64,000 bases of DNA from Planctomycetaceae bacterium (GCA_947459185.1 CANHCU010000003.1:4870-68869), one strand, 5' to 3'; positions 28,838 to 38,469 are shown, counted from the first letter of the stretch. Made by a program: numbers and translations. The notes: generated by a model not told the origin, from the sequence alone.

Positions 28838-30639
28838 GAAGACGCGTCCGTGGGCGGTGCCGCGTCGGCGGCACCGTCGCCGGCCGGCGCGTCTTCGTCA
28901 GATGATGCGGAGGGAATGTCGCGGATTCTGGCAGAGGCCTCTTCGTGCACGCTCATGCTGCCATCCTCCTCGGCCACGGCGTCGAACACGAGACGGCTCT
29001 TGAGCGCGTGGTGGGAACTGGCCTGCTGGAGAAACTGGACGATGTCCGGGTAGGTGCCGCCCATGTCGGCAATCGCGCGAACGATCGTTTCGACCCTGGC
29101 GGGAACGTCGGCCTGCTGATCGGGATCGCCCGCGACGAAACGGCTGACGATCGCCGTCGGACCGTCGATGACGACCACGATTGTCGGACCCGCCTCGGCC
29201 CGCAGTCCGTCGCCCACGGGATGCTCGGTGCCGAAGAGCACGATTTCGGGCCGCCGGCTCCGGGTGACGTGCACCAGCGGTGGCCCTTTCACGTCGAGCA
29301 CGTGCAGCGAACAGGCCTCTCCCAGGCGATCGCCCCGCACCAGCGGCGACGTTGGATCGATCTTCCACAGGCCCCGGAAGCCGCCGTAGCGGGTTTCGGC
29401 GCTCGTGCTGGTGAGCAGCGATCGCAGGGCGTCGATGCCGTTGGCATCGTCGAGCGTGCCGAGCGCGGAGAGAGCCGCCGCCCGGGCGCTTCGCAGGCTG
29501 GTGGCCGCTTCGGCGAGATGGGGTGCCGCGGTCGACTCTCCCAGGTAGGCCAGCGCCTCGGCGGCGGCGAAGCGGATCTCGGCGTCCTTCGAGTCGAGCG
29601 CGTCGCGGAGCGTGGGCACGCCCTCCTTGCCGATCGCCTCCAGTCGCAGTGCGGCTCCCGGCGCCGTGACCGGATCGGAGAGCTGACGGCGAAGCAATTC
29701 GAGTCGCGCATGACGACCGCCCGGCGGTTCGACGACGGCCAGGCATCGCACAACGCGGATGTAGCGGCCGAGGTTGTCGGCGTAGACGGGCGGAATTTCG
29801 AGTTCGATGTAGCGGTCGGTCTTCGGGGTGGCGACTCCCCGTTTGGCACCACGGATGGAGGCGTGGAACCGCCGGTTGATGCAGTCGCCGATCCGCTTCG
29901 AAAGACCGACGGAGCGGTGCTCCGGGGCGAGGATCAGGCCGATCGGCCGCGACTGCAACGCCACGCCGCCACCTGGCACCTTGGCGCGGAGCTTCGACAT
30001 CGAATCGAGCGTGCCGGTCGAGACGGGGTCAACGAGTAGCGGTCCTTCGGCGACGCCCAGCACATGGCCGTCGCGGATGCGGCTGCCGAGCACCGCCATC
30101 TCTGCCATGCGGGTTTCCATCAGCCAGCCCCCGCCGAGGCTCGTCGTATCGGAGTCATGCGGCACCTCGACGTGGACGTCGAAGCGATCCCCCCTGCGGA
30201 CGCCCGGCGGCAGATAGCCATGCACCCAGACCAGCGACGTGGAGGTCGAGGCCAGCAGGGCATTGGGTTCCACGACGCCGCGGGCCTGCATGTCGGCCAT
30301 GAGCGACTGCCGCTGGGCGTTGGGGGCGGGATCGCTGCCGGTGCCGGCGAGCCCGGTGACGAGCGCCGCGCGTTCGATCCGCTGCGGATTGAGTCCCCAT
30401 GGGGCGGCGTAGTCGCCGATGAGTTTTGTATCGGCCTCGAGGCTGGCGAGTGCCTCGATTTCGGGGCTCTGGCTGCGGATCGCCGGGCCGGCGCAGCCCA
30501 TCATGCCGGCGCACAGCGAGAGCCACGCGAGCCACGCCGTAGTGGCGCTGCCGTGGGAACGGCCGTCGAGCGGTCGGTGTTCGTCGTGCATCCGCGGTGC
30601 CATTCGTTGTGTCGTGAGTCTTGCCGTCGTGGCGGGCAT
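28834..30639 (-). CDS. FlgI (flagellar P-ring)-like domain fused to C-terminal HEAT repeats; N-terminal signal-like segment ending in Cys
   Basis: ALVTGLAGTGSD, SLMADMQARGV, YLPPGVRRGDRFDVHVEV..TTSLGGGWLMETRM and GVAEGPLLV parallel E. coli FlgI (GLVVGLDGTGDQ, LPPFGRQGQTIDVVVSS..AKSLRGGTLLMTPL, LAQGNILV). HEAT-like AEIRFAAAEALAYLG follows. The stop overlaps the smc start (ATGA). Start is uncertain (30639, 30603, 30591 or 30876). Confidence 0.65.
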   Translation of the reverse strand: MPATTARLTTQRMAPRMHDEHRPLDGRSHGSATTAWLAWLSLCAGMMGCAGPAIRSQSPEIEALASLEADTKLIGDYAAPWGLNPQRIERAALVTGLAGTGSDPAPNAQRQSLMADMQARGVVEPNALLASTSTSLVWVHGYLPPGVRRGDRFDVHVEVPHDSDTTSLGGGWLMETRMAEMAVLGSRIRDGHVLGVAEGPLLVDPVSTGTLDSMSKLRAKVPGGGVALQSRPIGLILAPEHRSVGLSKRIGDCINRRFHASIRGAKRGVATPKTDRYIELEIPPVYADNLGRYIRVVRCLAVVEPPGGRHARLELLRRQLSDPVTAPGAALRLEAIGKEGVPTLRDALDSKDAEIRFAAAEALAYLGESTAAPHLAEAATSLRSARAAALSALGTLDDANGIDALRSLLTSTSAETRYGGFRGLWKIDPTSPLVRGDRLGEACSLHVLDVKGPPLVHVTRSRRPEIVLFGTEHPVGDGLRAEAGPTIVVVIDGPTAIVSRFVAGDPDQQADVPARVETIVRAIADMGGTYPDIVQFLQQASSHHALKSRLVFDAVAEEDGSMSVHEEASARIRDIPSASSDEDAPAGDGAADAAPPTDASS

Positions 30640-30914
30640 GCCGCGCACACGCACCCGACGGTCCGATTCCCGAAGGCTCTTTTTCCCGAGGGAAGGGCAG
30701 GGACAGTAGGTGCCGCAGGGGAGGCGGTCAAGGCAGGCTTGGCCGGTTTCGATGGACCCGAAGCCGCCGCGAAAGCTCTTGGCTGCGGCGTGGAGGCCTG
30801 CTACGGTTCGCCCCCCGCCGACTGCCGGAGGGCCGTCGGTCCTCCGGATGAACCACGGACTCGGCGATATTCGCACCGACCAGACCAGTCACAGACGCAG
30901 GGAGTTGCGCACCC

Positions 30915-31424
30915 GTGAGATCGACACACGAAGAACGGCTGAAGATTCACGTCCGCTGGATGATCCGTCGTGACATGCGAGAGGTGCTCGATGTCGAGGC
31001 AGAGGCCTTCGAGTTTCCGTGGTCCGATGAGGACTTCACCCGCTGCCTGCGGCAGAGAAGCTGCATCGGCATGGTGGCCGAGTCGGGCGACTCGGTGGTC
31101 GCCTTCATGATCTACGAGTTGCACCGCAGTCGTCTGCACGTGCTCAATTTCGCCGTGGCCCGGTCGCATCGGCGTCTTGGCGTCGGCACGCGAATGATGG
31201 AGAAGCTGGTCGGCAAGCTGACCCCGGAACGTCGGAATCGGATCGTGCTGGAGGTGCGGGAAACCAATCTTCCGGCGCAGCTCTTCTTCCGATCGTTGGG
31301 CTTCCGCGCGATCTCGGTTCTGAAGGACTTCTATCAGGACACAACGGAAGACGCCTACCTGATGCACTACGTCTCGCTGGCGGCAGCGGGCGTGGAGGCG
31401 ATGCCCCGGCGGATGGCGGGCTAG
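30915..31424 (+). CDS. rimI: GNAT N-acetyltransferase, RimI-like
   Basis: VLDVEAEAFEFPWSDEDF, LHVLNFAVARSHRRLGVGTRMMEKL and LEVRETNLPAQLFFRSLGF. Start at GTG 30915 or ATG 30960. Confidence 0.75.
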   Translation: MRSTHEERLKIHVRWMIRRDMREVLDVEAEAFEFPWSDEDFTRCLRQRSCIGMVAESGDSVVAFMIYELHRSRLHVLNFAVARSHRRLGVGTRMMEKLVGKLTPERRNRIVLEVRETNLPAQLFFRSLGFRAISVLKDFYQDTTEDAYLMHYVSLAAAGVEAMPRRMAG

Positions 31425-31459
31425 CGCCGCATTGCGGGCGGGCTCCCCGAACACGCTCT

Positions 31460-31489
31460 CATCCAAGCCCGCAGCGCAAGCAAGGGAAT
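31460..31489. repeat. REP-like repeat (family 3), left copy
   Basis: CATCCAAGCCCGCAGCGCAAGCAAGGGAAT is the exact reverse complement of 34436-34465. It can pair locally with TTGCGGGCGGGCT at about 31433-31445. It sits at the convergent rimI/ATP-grasp junction. Confidence 0.85.
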
Positions 31490-31520
31490 ACGGCCGGCCT
31501 CGCGGTGTGGGACGCATGCG

Positions 31521-32801
31521 TCACGCTCGCGCCGACAGCAACGTGTCGATGCGGGCGACGCGATCGCGGAGACTGGCCAGCGCGTCGTCGGTCGTGGAGG
31601 CAGCCGCGAAGATCGTCACCACCGGTGCACCGGCGGCGATGACCTGTCCGGGGCGGGGAATGTCGGCAAGCGATGGCCAGCCGCCGTCGGCCTGCGTCCA
31701 CGGGCTCGTCTCACGCGTGAGGCATTCGATCAGTGGCTGCGAGACAGGCGTCGGCACCGCGGCAAACAGCACGGCCTTTGCCCACGTCCATGCCGGCTGC
31801 GGGAGCGGCTGCTCACGCCGGCTGCGGGCAGGCGTCGCATACCCGCAGGCTGCGAGGTGACTGCCTGCGATCGAGCCTGCGGCCGACCGCTCGAAGAGTT
31901 CCATCGACGCCGTCGGCCGCGGGTTGACCTCGATCACTTCGACGCCGCCGCCTGCATCGACGACCAGATCGACGCCGACGAGACCGACTGGCTGAAACCG
32001 CTCCGCAAGGATGCCGCCGAGGCGTCGGAGTTGGTCAACCAGTCGATTATCAACCGGTGGCTGACCGTTGGTGGTGTGCAAAGCCACGGCGCCGCACCAG
32101 GCAAACGGGCCTGCATGGCACCACGGCTCCCCGATCAGTTGCCGGCTCACGCCCAGCAGCCGCGTAAATCCCTCTGCGAAACAGAAGGACGCCGACAGGG
32201 CGGTGCCGGGCATGAAGCGTTGCCAGATGTGCTGCTCGTGGAGCGCGTTGGCTCGATCGGCTGTGTGGTCTGCCGCAACGGCTCGAGTCCACCGCCGGAT
32301 GCCGCGGCCGCCTGCGCCGGCCAACGGCTTGACGAGCCACGTGCCGTCGAGCGGGATGCGGTCGGGCGAGGACATCGTCTCGGGAAACGACAGCCCCGCC
32401 GCGCGGGCGGCGGCTGCAAGGTGCACCGGGTCGCGGAGTCGCCGGACCACGTCGCCCGGATTGCCGGCGAGTGGACGCACGCGGGCGATGGCATCGATGA
32501 GATCGGGATGGTTTTCGACCGCGCCGGTGTAGCACCAGGCAGTGGACGGCGGAAAGCCCTCGGCCGCCGCGAGGAGGCTCCAGGGATAGCGCGTGGCTCC
32601 GTCAGCCGTGCCGTGTGCCACGGGCACGGCCGTCGTGGCGATCGCTTGCAGGTCGAGATCGCAGAAGAGATCCGCGGCGTGCACGGCCCAGCCGTCGCGG
32701 ATCGCCGATTCCGCCAGCGCCCTGACGGATGCTCCCAGAATGATGAGTTGTCCGGCGAATCCGCCGCGGATCGATTCAGCAGCGGTATTCGGGCTACTCA
32801 C
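31521..32801 (-). CDS. ATP-grasp enzyme of the type found in H4MPT-linked C1 gene islands (Orf5-like)
   Basis: VKPLAGAGGRGIRRW and GLVGVDLVVDAGGGVEVIEVNPRPTASMELF are ATP-grasp motifs. It is divergent from fae. Confidence 0.65.
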   Translation of the reverse strand: MSSPNTAAESIRGGFAGQLIILGASVRALAESAIRDGWAVHAADLFCDLDLQAIATTAVPVAHGTADGATRYPWSLLAAAEGFPPSTAWCYTGAVENHPDLIDAIARVRPLAGNPGDVVRRLRDPVHLAAAARAAGLSFPETMSSPDRIPLDGTWLVKPLAGAGGRGIRRWTRAVAADHTADRANALHEQHIWQRFMPGTALSASFCFAEGFTRLLGVSRQLIGEPWCHAGPFAWCGAVALHTTNGQPPVDNRLVDQLRRLGGILAERFQPVGLVGVDLVVDAGGGVEVIEVNPRPTASMELFERSAAGSIAGSHLAACGYATPARSRREQPLPQPAWTWAKAVLFAAVPTPVSQPLIECLTRETSPWTQADGGWPSLADIPRPGQVIAAGAPVVTIFAAASTTDDALASLRDRVARIDTLLSARA

Positions 32802-32914
32802 GATGACCCCGTGGCCGGTTTGGCTGAACCGGGTTTGAAGGACTGAGGCCGAATGGTAGTCTCTGGCCTCACGTGCACGGTATGTAAATTCCCCCGAAAT
32901 GGAGAACAGGTTTT

Positions 32915-33412
32915 ATGTCGATGTACATTGGTGAGGCTCTCGCAGGCGACGGCAACGAGATCGCCCATATTGACCTGCTGATCGGCAGCAAGGATGGTCC
33001 GGTGGGCGTGGCGTTTGCCAACGCATTGGCCCGACAGAGCGAGGGACATTCGAACCTGCTGGCCGTGCTCACGCCGAATCTGGCCGTGAAGCCCGCCACC
33101 GTCATGATCACGAAGGTCACGATCAAGGGTGCCAAGCAGGCCGTGCAGATGTTCGGACCAGCGCAGGCCGCCGTCGCCAAGGCCGTTGCCGACAGCGTTG
33201 CCAGCGGCGTGATCCCGAAGGCCGAAGCCGAGCACCTCGTGATCGTCTGCGGCGTGTTCATCCACTGGCAAGCCGAGGACGACAAGAAGATCTACGAATA
33301 CAACTACAAGGCCACCGTCGATGCCATCGCCAACGCGATGCACGGCAAGCCCTCTGTTGACGAGATGGTCGCCGGCAAGGACAAGGCCGCCCACCCGTTC
33401 CGTGGGTTCTAA
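32915..33412 (+). CDS. fae: Formaldehyde-activating enzyme
   Basis: GEALAGDGNEIAHIDLLIG, LLAVLTPNL, VTIKGAKQAVQMFGPAQ, GVFIHWQAEDDKKIYEYNY and HPF closely follow the Methylobacterium Fae sequence pattern. Confidence 0.95.
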   Translation: MSMYIGEALAGDGNEIAHIDLLIGSKDGPVGVAFANALARQSEGHSNLLAVLTPNLAVKPATVMITKVTIKGAKQAVQMFGPAQAAVAKAVADSVASGVIPKAEAEHLVIVCGVFIHWQAEDDKKIYEYNYKATVDAIANAMHGKPSVDEMVAGKDKAAHPFRGF

Positions 33413-33532
33413 AAAGAATAGAGCGACGGCGGGGCCATCTTTGGCCCCGCCGGCTTGGGACGAGTCCAAGAAGAAGACATGTCAATCGCGACGCCCGCCC
33501 TTGTGGCGGGCGTTCGTGTTGGAGGAGTGACG

Positions 33533-34423
33533 ATGGCCAGAAAGATTCTTATCCAACTCGACGGCGATCCGCAGCCGAGCACGTTTGATTCGGTCGTGGC
33601 AGTCGATGCCGGCGCCGACGTGCTCCTGCGGCACGGCAACGTCACGCCCGATGCGGCTGTGCCGCTCGTGCACGGGGCGATGTTCACGCGAGGCGGCGAC
33701 GACCTCGCATCGACGGCGATCTTCGTCGGTGGCTCCGACGTGGCCGCCGCAGAGGCTGTGTTTGACAGGGTGCGGAAGACATTCTTCGGGCCTGTGCGGG
33801 TGAGCGTGCTGCTTGATCCGGCGGGAGCCAACACCACTGCCAGCGCAGCCGTGGTGGCGGCTGGCAGGCATCTGCCGCTCGGCGAACCGGCCGCCGTGGC
33901 CACGCTTCGCGCGGTGGTGCTCGGCGGCACCGGCCCCGTTGGCCAGCGGGTTGCCCGGCTTCTGGCCCGGAAGGGAGTGACCGTGACAGTCGCGTCGCGG
34001 TCGTTGTCGCGGGCCGAACAGGTCTGTGAAAGGATCGCGTCAGCCGTGCCGGGGAGCCGACTCGAGCCTGCGACCGCCGACAGTGCGATCATTGCGGGTA
34101 CACCGTTCGCCATCGCCCTGGCCGAGGCCGACCTGATCGTGGCGGCAGGAGCCGCGGGTGCGACCCTGCTGGGGACCGCCGGTCGGAAGATGGCCGGTAG
34201 GGCCAGAGTGTTGATCGATCTGAACGCCGTGCCACCTGCAGGCATCGAAGGGATTGCAGCCACCGACAAGGCGCAGCAGGAAGGGAGCGCGGTCGTCTAC
34301 GGTGCGCTGGGCGTGGGCGGCACCAAGATGAAGATCCATCGTGCGGCCATCCAGCAGTTGTTCGCGTCGAATGATGCGATCCTCGACGCCGAGGAGTTGC
34401 TCGCCATCGGCGAATCGTTGTGA
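33533..34423 (+). CDS. NAD(P)-dependent methylene-H4MPT (or methylene-H4F) dehydrogenase, MtdA/MtdB/MtdC family
   Basis: MARKILIQLDGDPQPSTFDSVVAVDAGAD..GNVTPD..FTRGGDDLASTAIFVGGSD..FFGPVRVSVLLDPAGANTTA and LGGTGPVG. GGAGGAG lies upstream of ATG 33533. Confidence 0.9.
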   Translation: MARKILIQLDGDPQPSTFDSVVAVDAGADVLLRHGNVTPDAAVPLVHGAMFTRGGDDLASTAIFVGGSDVAAAEAVFDRVRKTFFGPVRVSVLLDPAGANTTASAAVVAAGRHLPLGEPAAVATLRAVVLGGTGPVGQRVARLLARKGVTVTVASRSLSRAEQVCERIASAVPGSRLEPATADSAIIAGTPFAIALAEADLIVAAGAAGATLLGTAGRKMAGRARVLIDLNAVPPAGIEGIAATDKAQQEGSAVVYGALGVGGTKMKIHRAAIQQLFASNDAILDAEELLAIGESL

Positions 34424-34435
34424 TGGGCAGCCCGC

Positions 34436-34526
34436 ATTCCCTTGCTTGCGCTGCGGGCTTGGATGAAGAGGAGGGGCTTGGATCTCATGTTGATCCCATG
34501 CAAGCCCGACGCGCGAGCGAGGGAAC
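34436..34526. repeat. REP-like composite (family 3): an inverted pair of related 30-mers
   Basis: ATTCCCTTGCTTGCGCTGCGGGCTTGGATG (34436-34465) and CATGCAAGCCCGACGCGCGAGCGAGGGAAC (34497-34526) form an imperfect long hairpin. It sits at the convergent mtd/zinc-ribbon junction. Confidence 0.85.
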
Positions 34527-34558
34527 ATCGCTTGTGCCGCGGCCCCCAAATCCCGGGC

Positions 34559-35011
34559 TCACTCGCGGCGTTTGGGCCGCTTTGTGCCGAGTGAGAACAC
34601 GATCGCCATCAGGATCGAGACCCCTGTCAGCATCATGATCAGATTTCGCCGGGTGCGGCGGACGGCCTTCTCCTCCGGGGTGAGTCGGCGGAGCGTGATC
34701 ACCTGATCGCCGCTGCCAACCGTTCGAACCGGATCCTGGAATTGAAGTTCCTTCACCGGTGCCTGCCGTGCCGGCGGCTCCGTCGTCGGGCTGGCTGGGG
34801 AAGCAGCCACGACCGGCTGGGATGCCGTGTCTGCGATGCCAGTCAGCGGCACCCGGAAGCCGCAGCCGCAGAGCGGGCACTCGGCCGCCTGCCCAAGCAG
34901 GTCGGTGCCCACGGCCATGGCACCAAAGCAGGTTGGGCATGCCAACGCCAGCAGCGGTTCCGGATGGAATGCCGTCGGCGGAAACGTCGCGGTGGTGGGT
35001 GGAAAGCTCAT
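34559..35011 (-). CDS. Zinc-ribbon protein with a C-terminal transmembrane anchor
   Basis: CPTC..(17 aa)..CPLCGC, a Pro/Ala-rich linker, and a C-terminal TM segment IMMLTGVSILMAIVFSL. Confidence 0.55.
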   Translation of the reverse strand: MSFPPTTATFPPTAFHPEPLLALACPTCFGAMAVGTDLLGQAAECPLCGCGFRVPLTGIADTASQPVVAASPASPTTEPPARQAPVKELQFQDPVRTVGSGDQVITLRRLTPEEKAVRRTRRNLIMMLTGVSILMAIVFSLGTKRPKRRE

Positions 35012-35021
35012 GGGCGAATGC

Positions 35022-35876
35022 TCAGGACAGCGCCCCGCTGCGCCGCGTCCGACGCATCATCGCCCGATCGATCAGCCGAGGGAAGAGGCGGGCCGCAAAC
35101 GCGAATCCCTTGGCACGCCAGCCGGGCAGCACCTCGCGCCGACGCCACACCAGCGCCCGCACGATGATCCGCGCCGTGCGCAAGGCAGACATCGCCCGGC
35201 CACGCGACCAGCTGGGGCGGCGACCTGTGAGCAGGTGGTTCCAGAACTCCGATTCCGTGGGGCCGAGGCTGGCCAGCAACACACCGATGCCATCCTCGGC
35301 GAGCTCGATCCGCAGGGTTCCGGCCAGCGATCGGACAGCCGCTTTCGCGGCACAATACTCCGCGTGCAATGGCAGGGGGTGGTAGCCGAGGATGGAGCCC
35401 ACGAGCACGATCGCCGGATCATGGCCGGCACGCAGGGCCGGCAACGCCACCCGCACCAACTCCGCTGGCGCGACGAAATCGACGTCCATGATCCCTGCAA
35501 GCGTGTCGGGAGAGGCGTCACGAAAGCTACCGATCGCTCCGCTGCCCGCTGCCGCCACGATCAGGTCGAGCCCTCCGAACTGCTCGTTCGCCAAGTCGAT
35601 CAGATGCCGGCGAAAGTCGGACGATGTGATGTCGCCAGCATCGTAGAGAAGCGGCCTTCCGGCCATGCCGGCTGCTTCGTCCGCCAACGCGGCAAGTCGC
35701 TCGCCCCGGCGACCTGTCGCCAGCACCCGCACGCCGCGTCGGGCAAGTTCCAACGCCACGGCCCTCCCCACGCCAGACGATGCCCCCGTGACGAGCGCAC
35801 GCTTGCCGGCCAACTGTCGCCTCCAGCGGGGCCATCGCGGTGCGGGGGGCATGGTGTCCCGCGGCGGCGACATCAT
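35022..35876 (-). CDS. Short-chain dehydrogenase/reductase (SDR)
   Basis: KRALVTGASSGVGRAVALELARRG and YCAAKAA (Y-x3-K). ATGA overlap with the hflX stop. Confidence 0.85.
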   Translation of the reverse strand: MMSPPRDTMPPAPRWPRWRRQLAGKRALVTGASSGVGRAVALELARRGVRVLATGRRGERLAALADEAAGMAGRPLLYDAGDITSSDFRRHLIDLANEQFGGLDLIVAAAGSGAIGSFRDASPDTLAGIMDVDFVAPAELVRVALPALRAGHDPAIVLVGSILGYHPLPLHAEYCAAKAAVRSLAGTLRIELAEDGIGVLLASLGPTESEFWNHLLTGRRPSWSRGRAMSALRTARIIVRALVWRRREVLPGWRAKGFAFAARLFPRLIDRAMMRRTRRSGALS

Positions 35877-37243
35877 GGCGCAGCATCCCGGGGAGCCGGT
35901 CTCTTCTGCGGAGCCGGTTCATCCCGAGGAGCCGGTTCACTCTGCGATAGCCGCGAGGCTGGCGACTCGTGCGGCACGATGACCGCCTCGTCGGGCGGAA
36001 TGCGGCCCACGAGCGCCGCGGGGATGCGGCAGTGGATCGTGACGCGGTCCTCGACGAAGTGCCGTGAGAGCACCTCGCCGTGGGCGTTGAGCCAGGCGAG
36101 GAGCCTTCCATTCCCGGGATCGGCATGGATGTCGAGGTCGCGAAAGCCCCGGCTCAGGCATGCGGTGGTCGCCCGCTCGAGCGCTGCCAGTCCATCGCCG
36201 GAGCGTGCCGACAGGCAGACCGCGTGCGGATAGCGGCTGATCAGGCTGCTCCGCGTTGCGTGGTCGGGCAGGGCATCGATCTTGTTGAGCACGAGCAGTG
36301 TCGCCTTCTCATCCACCTCGAGTTCGGCCAGCACGTCGCGAACCGCAGCGATCTGGGCATCGACCAACGGGCTCGACGCATCGGCGACATGGAGCAGCAG
36401 ATCTGCCTGCCGCGTCTCCTCGAGCGTGGCCTTGAAGCTGGCGATCAGGCGATGGGGCAGGTCGCGGATGAAGCCCACCGTGTCGCTCAGCAGCACCGGT
36501 CCCCAGCCCGGCAGCTTCCAGCGGCGGGTGCGGGTATCGAGCGTGGCGAAGAGCTTGTCTTCGGCGAGCACGTCGGCGCCGGTGAGCCTGTTCAGCAGCG
36601 TGCTCTTGCCCGCGTTGGTGTAGCCGACGAGTGACACCGTGAGGTGCTCATGGCGGGCAGCCACTTCCCGCTCGCGGCGGCCGTGGATCGTGGCCAGATC
36701 GTCCTTGAGATCGTGGATCCGTTTCTCGACAAGCCGGCGGTCCACCTCCAACTGCTTCTCGCCCGGGCCGCGCATGCCGATGCCCATCTTCAACCGCGAC
36801 AGGTGGGTCCACATCCGCTTGAGTCGTGGAAGGGAGTATTCGAGTTGGGCGAGTTCAACGGCGAGCCGTGCCTCGTAGGTGCGGGCGCGGGCCGCGAAGA
36901 TGTCGAGGATCACTTCCGACCTGTCGAGCACCTTGGTCTTGAGTTCGCTTTCGAGGTTGCGGGTCTGCGCGGGGGAGAGATCGTTATCGAAGATGACGAC
37001 ATCGGCATCATGGTGTTCGACGAGCATGGCGAGTTCGGCGACCTTGCCACTGCCGAGGTAGGTGGTCTGATCGGGACGTTCGCGGCGCTGCGTCAGTTCC
37101 GCGACCACCTGCGCGCCGGCCGTCTCGGCAAGGCCGCCGAGTTCGTTCAGCGGGTGCTCCGGGTCGAGCGGCGTGTCGAGCAACACCCCCACGAGCACCG
37201 CCCGTTCGCTCTGCACGCTGTTGGTCCGGCGCGGTTGCGTCAT
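35873..37243 (-). CDS. hflX: GTPase HflX
   Basis: VSLVGYTNAGKSTLLNRLTG, DKLFATLDTRTRR, SDTVGFI and LNKID. Confidence 0.95.
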   Translation of the reverse strand: MTQPRRTNSVQSERAVLVGVLLDTPLDPEHPLNELGGLAETAGAQVVAELTQRRERPDQTTYLGSGKVAELAMLVEHHDADVVIFDNDLSPAQTRNLESELKTKVLDRSEVILDIFAARARTYEARLAVELAQLEYSLPRLKRMWTHLSRLKMGIGMRGPGEKQLEVDRRLVEKRIHDLKDDLATIHGRREREVAARHEHLTVSLVGYTNAGKSTLLNRLTGADVLAEDKLFATLDTRTRRWKLPGWGPVLLSDTVGFIRDLPHRLIASFKATLEETRQADLLLHVADASSPLVDAQIAAVRDVLAELEVDEKATLLVLNKIDALPDHATRSSLISRYPHAVCLSARSGDGLAALERATTACLSRGFRDLDIHADPGNGRLLAWLNAHGEVLSRHFVEDRVTIHCRIPAALVGRIPPDEAVIVPHESPASRLSQSEPAPRDEPAPQKRPAPRDAAP

Positions 37244-38469
37244 TCGTAGTCCTCACCAGAGTCGGGGTCGCCCATTGCATCCGCATCCTCCGCTCCGGCG
37301 GTCGCGGCGAGATGGCAGCAACTCTCCCAGCGACGCGTGTCGAGCAGGCCATCGGCCACCGCATGCTTCACGACGCAGTCGACTTCGTGCGTGTGGCTGC
37401 AGTTGGGAAAGCGGCAGAGGTTGGCAAGCGGTCGCAGGTCGCGAAAGGCTGCTGGAACCTCAGCGGGGACGATCTCCCAGAGCTGAAACTGCCTGACACC
37501 GGGCGTATCAACGAACGAACCGCCGGTCTGACTGTTCAGGGCATGCGGGATGAGCCGCGCCGTCGTCGTGGTGTGCCGACCCTTCTCGTTCTCCCGGCTC
37601 ACCTCCGCGACCCGCAGGCTCAGGTGCGGGTCGAGCGCATTGAGCAGCGACGACTTGCCCACGCCGCTCTGACCCACGATCGCGGTGACTCGACCACCCA
37701 GTTCATGACGGAGCCTCGCGATGCCGACCCCCGACACGGCTGAGCAGAGCACCGTCGCGTATCCCATTCTGGAGAAGACACCCGCGAGTGGAACCAGACG
37801 GGACGCATCGACGAGATCGATCTTGTTGATGCAGATGATCGGTCGGATTCCCGCCGACTCCGCGGCCACGAGCAGCCTGTCGAGGAGGGCCGGTTTGAGG
37901 TCGGGCATGGCCGCGCTGCCCACGATCACCACCTGATCGACGTTGGCGACGATCACATGGCGACGGCCGCGGCTGGCCCTGCAGAGCGAGTTGCGACGCG
38001 GCTCGATCGACTGGATCACGCCGACGCCGGAGTCGTCGCGGATCCGCACCCAGTCGCCCGCAGCCACTGGATGCCGCTGCTCCGTCGAGAGCGTGCGCAG
38101 CAGGCGGCGGGTGGTGCAGCGAACGATTCGTCCGTCGCCGGCACGGACGAAGCTCTCCAGTCCATGAACATGCATCACCTGGCCACGCCAGGTCGTGCCC
38201 GCGAGCGGCGAGACGGAGAGACCGTCGCCAGTCGTGGACGGTTCATCATGGATGATGACCGTCCGCTTGCGGGTCAGGTCGCCCTTGCCCGAAATCCGCT
38301 CCGAGGAAGCCATGTCGGATGCATGGTCGGGATCGGCTGCCACTGCCCGGGTGAGATTGCCAGTGCGACGCCGCGACGAACGGTTCTTGCGGAGGTCGGC
38401 GCGGAATTTTCGGGACTTGGCCATCGCCGGAATTGTAGCAGGCGGGCCATGCCGTCTGCCCGATGTCAC
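37240..38469 (-). CDS. rsgA: Ribosome small-subunit-dependent GTPase RsgA
   Basis: Circularly permuted GTPase motifs (INKIDL, GQSGVGKSSLLN, DTPG) and a zinc cluster CRFPNCSHTHEVDC. GTG 38469 overlaps the FHA gene stop (GTGA); ATG 38424 is an alternative start. Confidence 0.9.
   Translation of the reverse strand: MTSGRRHGPPATIPAMAKSRKFRADLRKNRSSRRRTGNLTRAVAADPDHASDMASSERISGKGDLTRKRTVIIHDEPSTTGDGLSVSPLAGTTWRGQVMHVHGLESFVRAGDGRIVRCTTRRLLRTLSTEQRHPVAAGDWVRIRDDSGVGVIQSIEPRRNSLCRASRGRRHVIVANVDQVVIVGSAAMPDLKPALLDRLLVAAESAGIRPIICINKIDLVDASRLVPLAGVFSRMGYATVLCSAVSGVGIARLRHELGGRVTAIVGQSGVGKSSLLNALDPHLSLRVAEVSRENEKGRHTTTTARLIPHALNSQTGGSFVDTPGVRQFQLWEIVPAEVPAAFRDLRPLANLCRFPNCSHTHEVDCVVKHAVADGLLDTRRWESCCHLAATAGAEDADAMGDPDSGEDYE

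Noticed and set aside
30801-31517. ORFs 30801-31517 (-) and 34420-34638 (+) sharing the peptide SLACAAGLDE
   Set aside because: The shared peptide is just the translation of the 30-nt REP-like repeat. The first ORF is antisense to rimI and the second lies in an intergenic hairpin.
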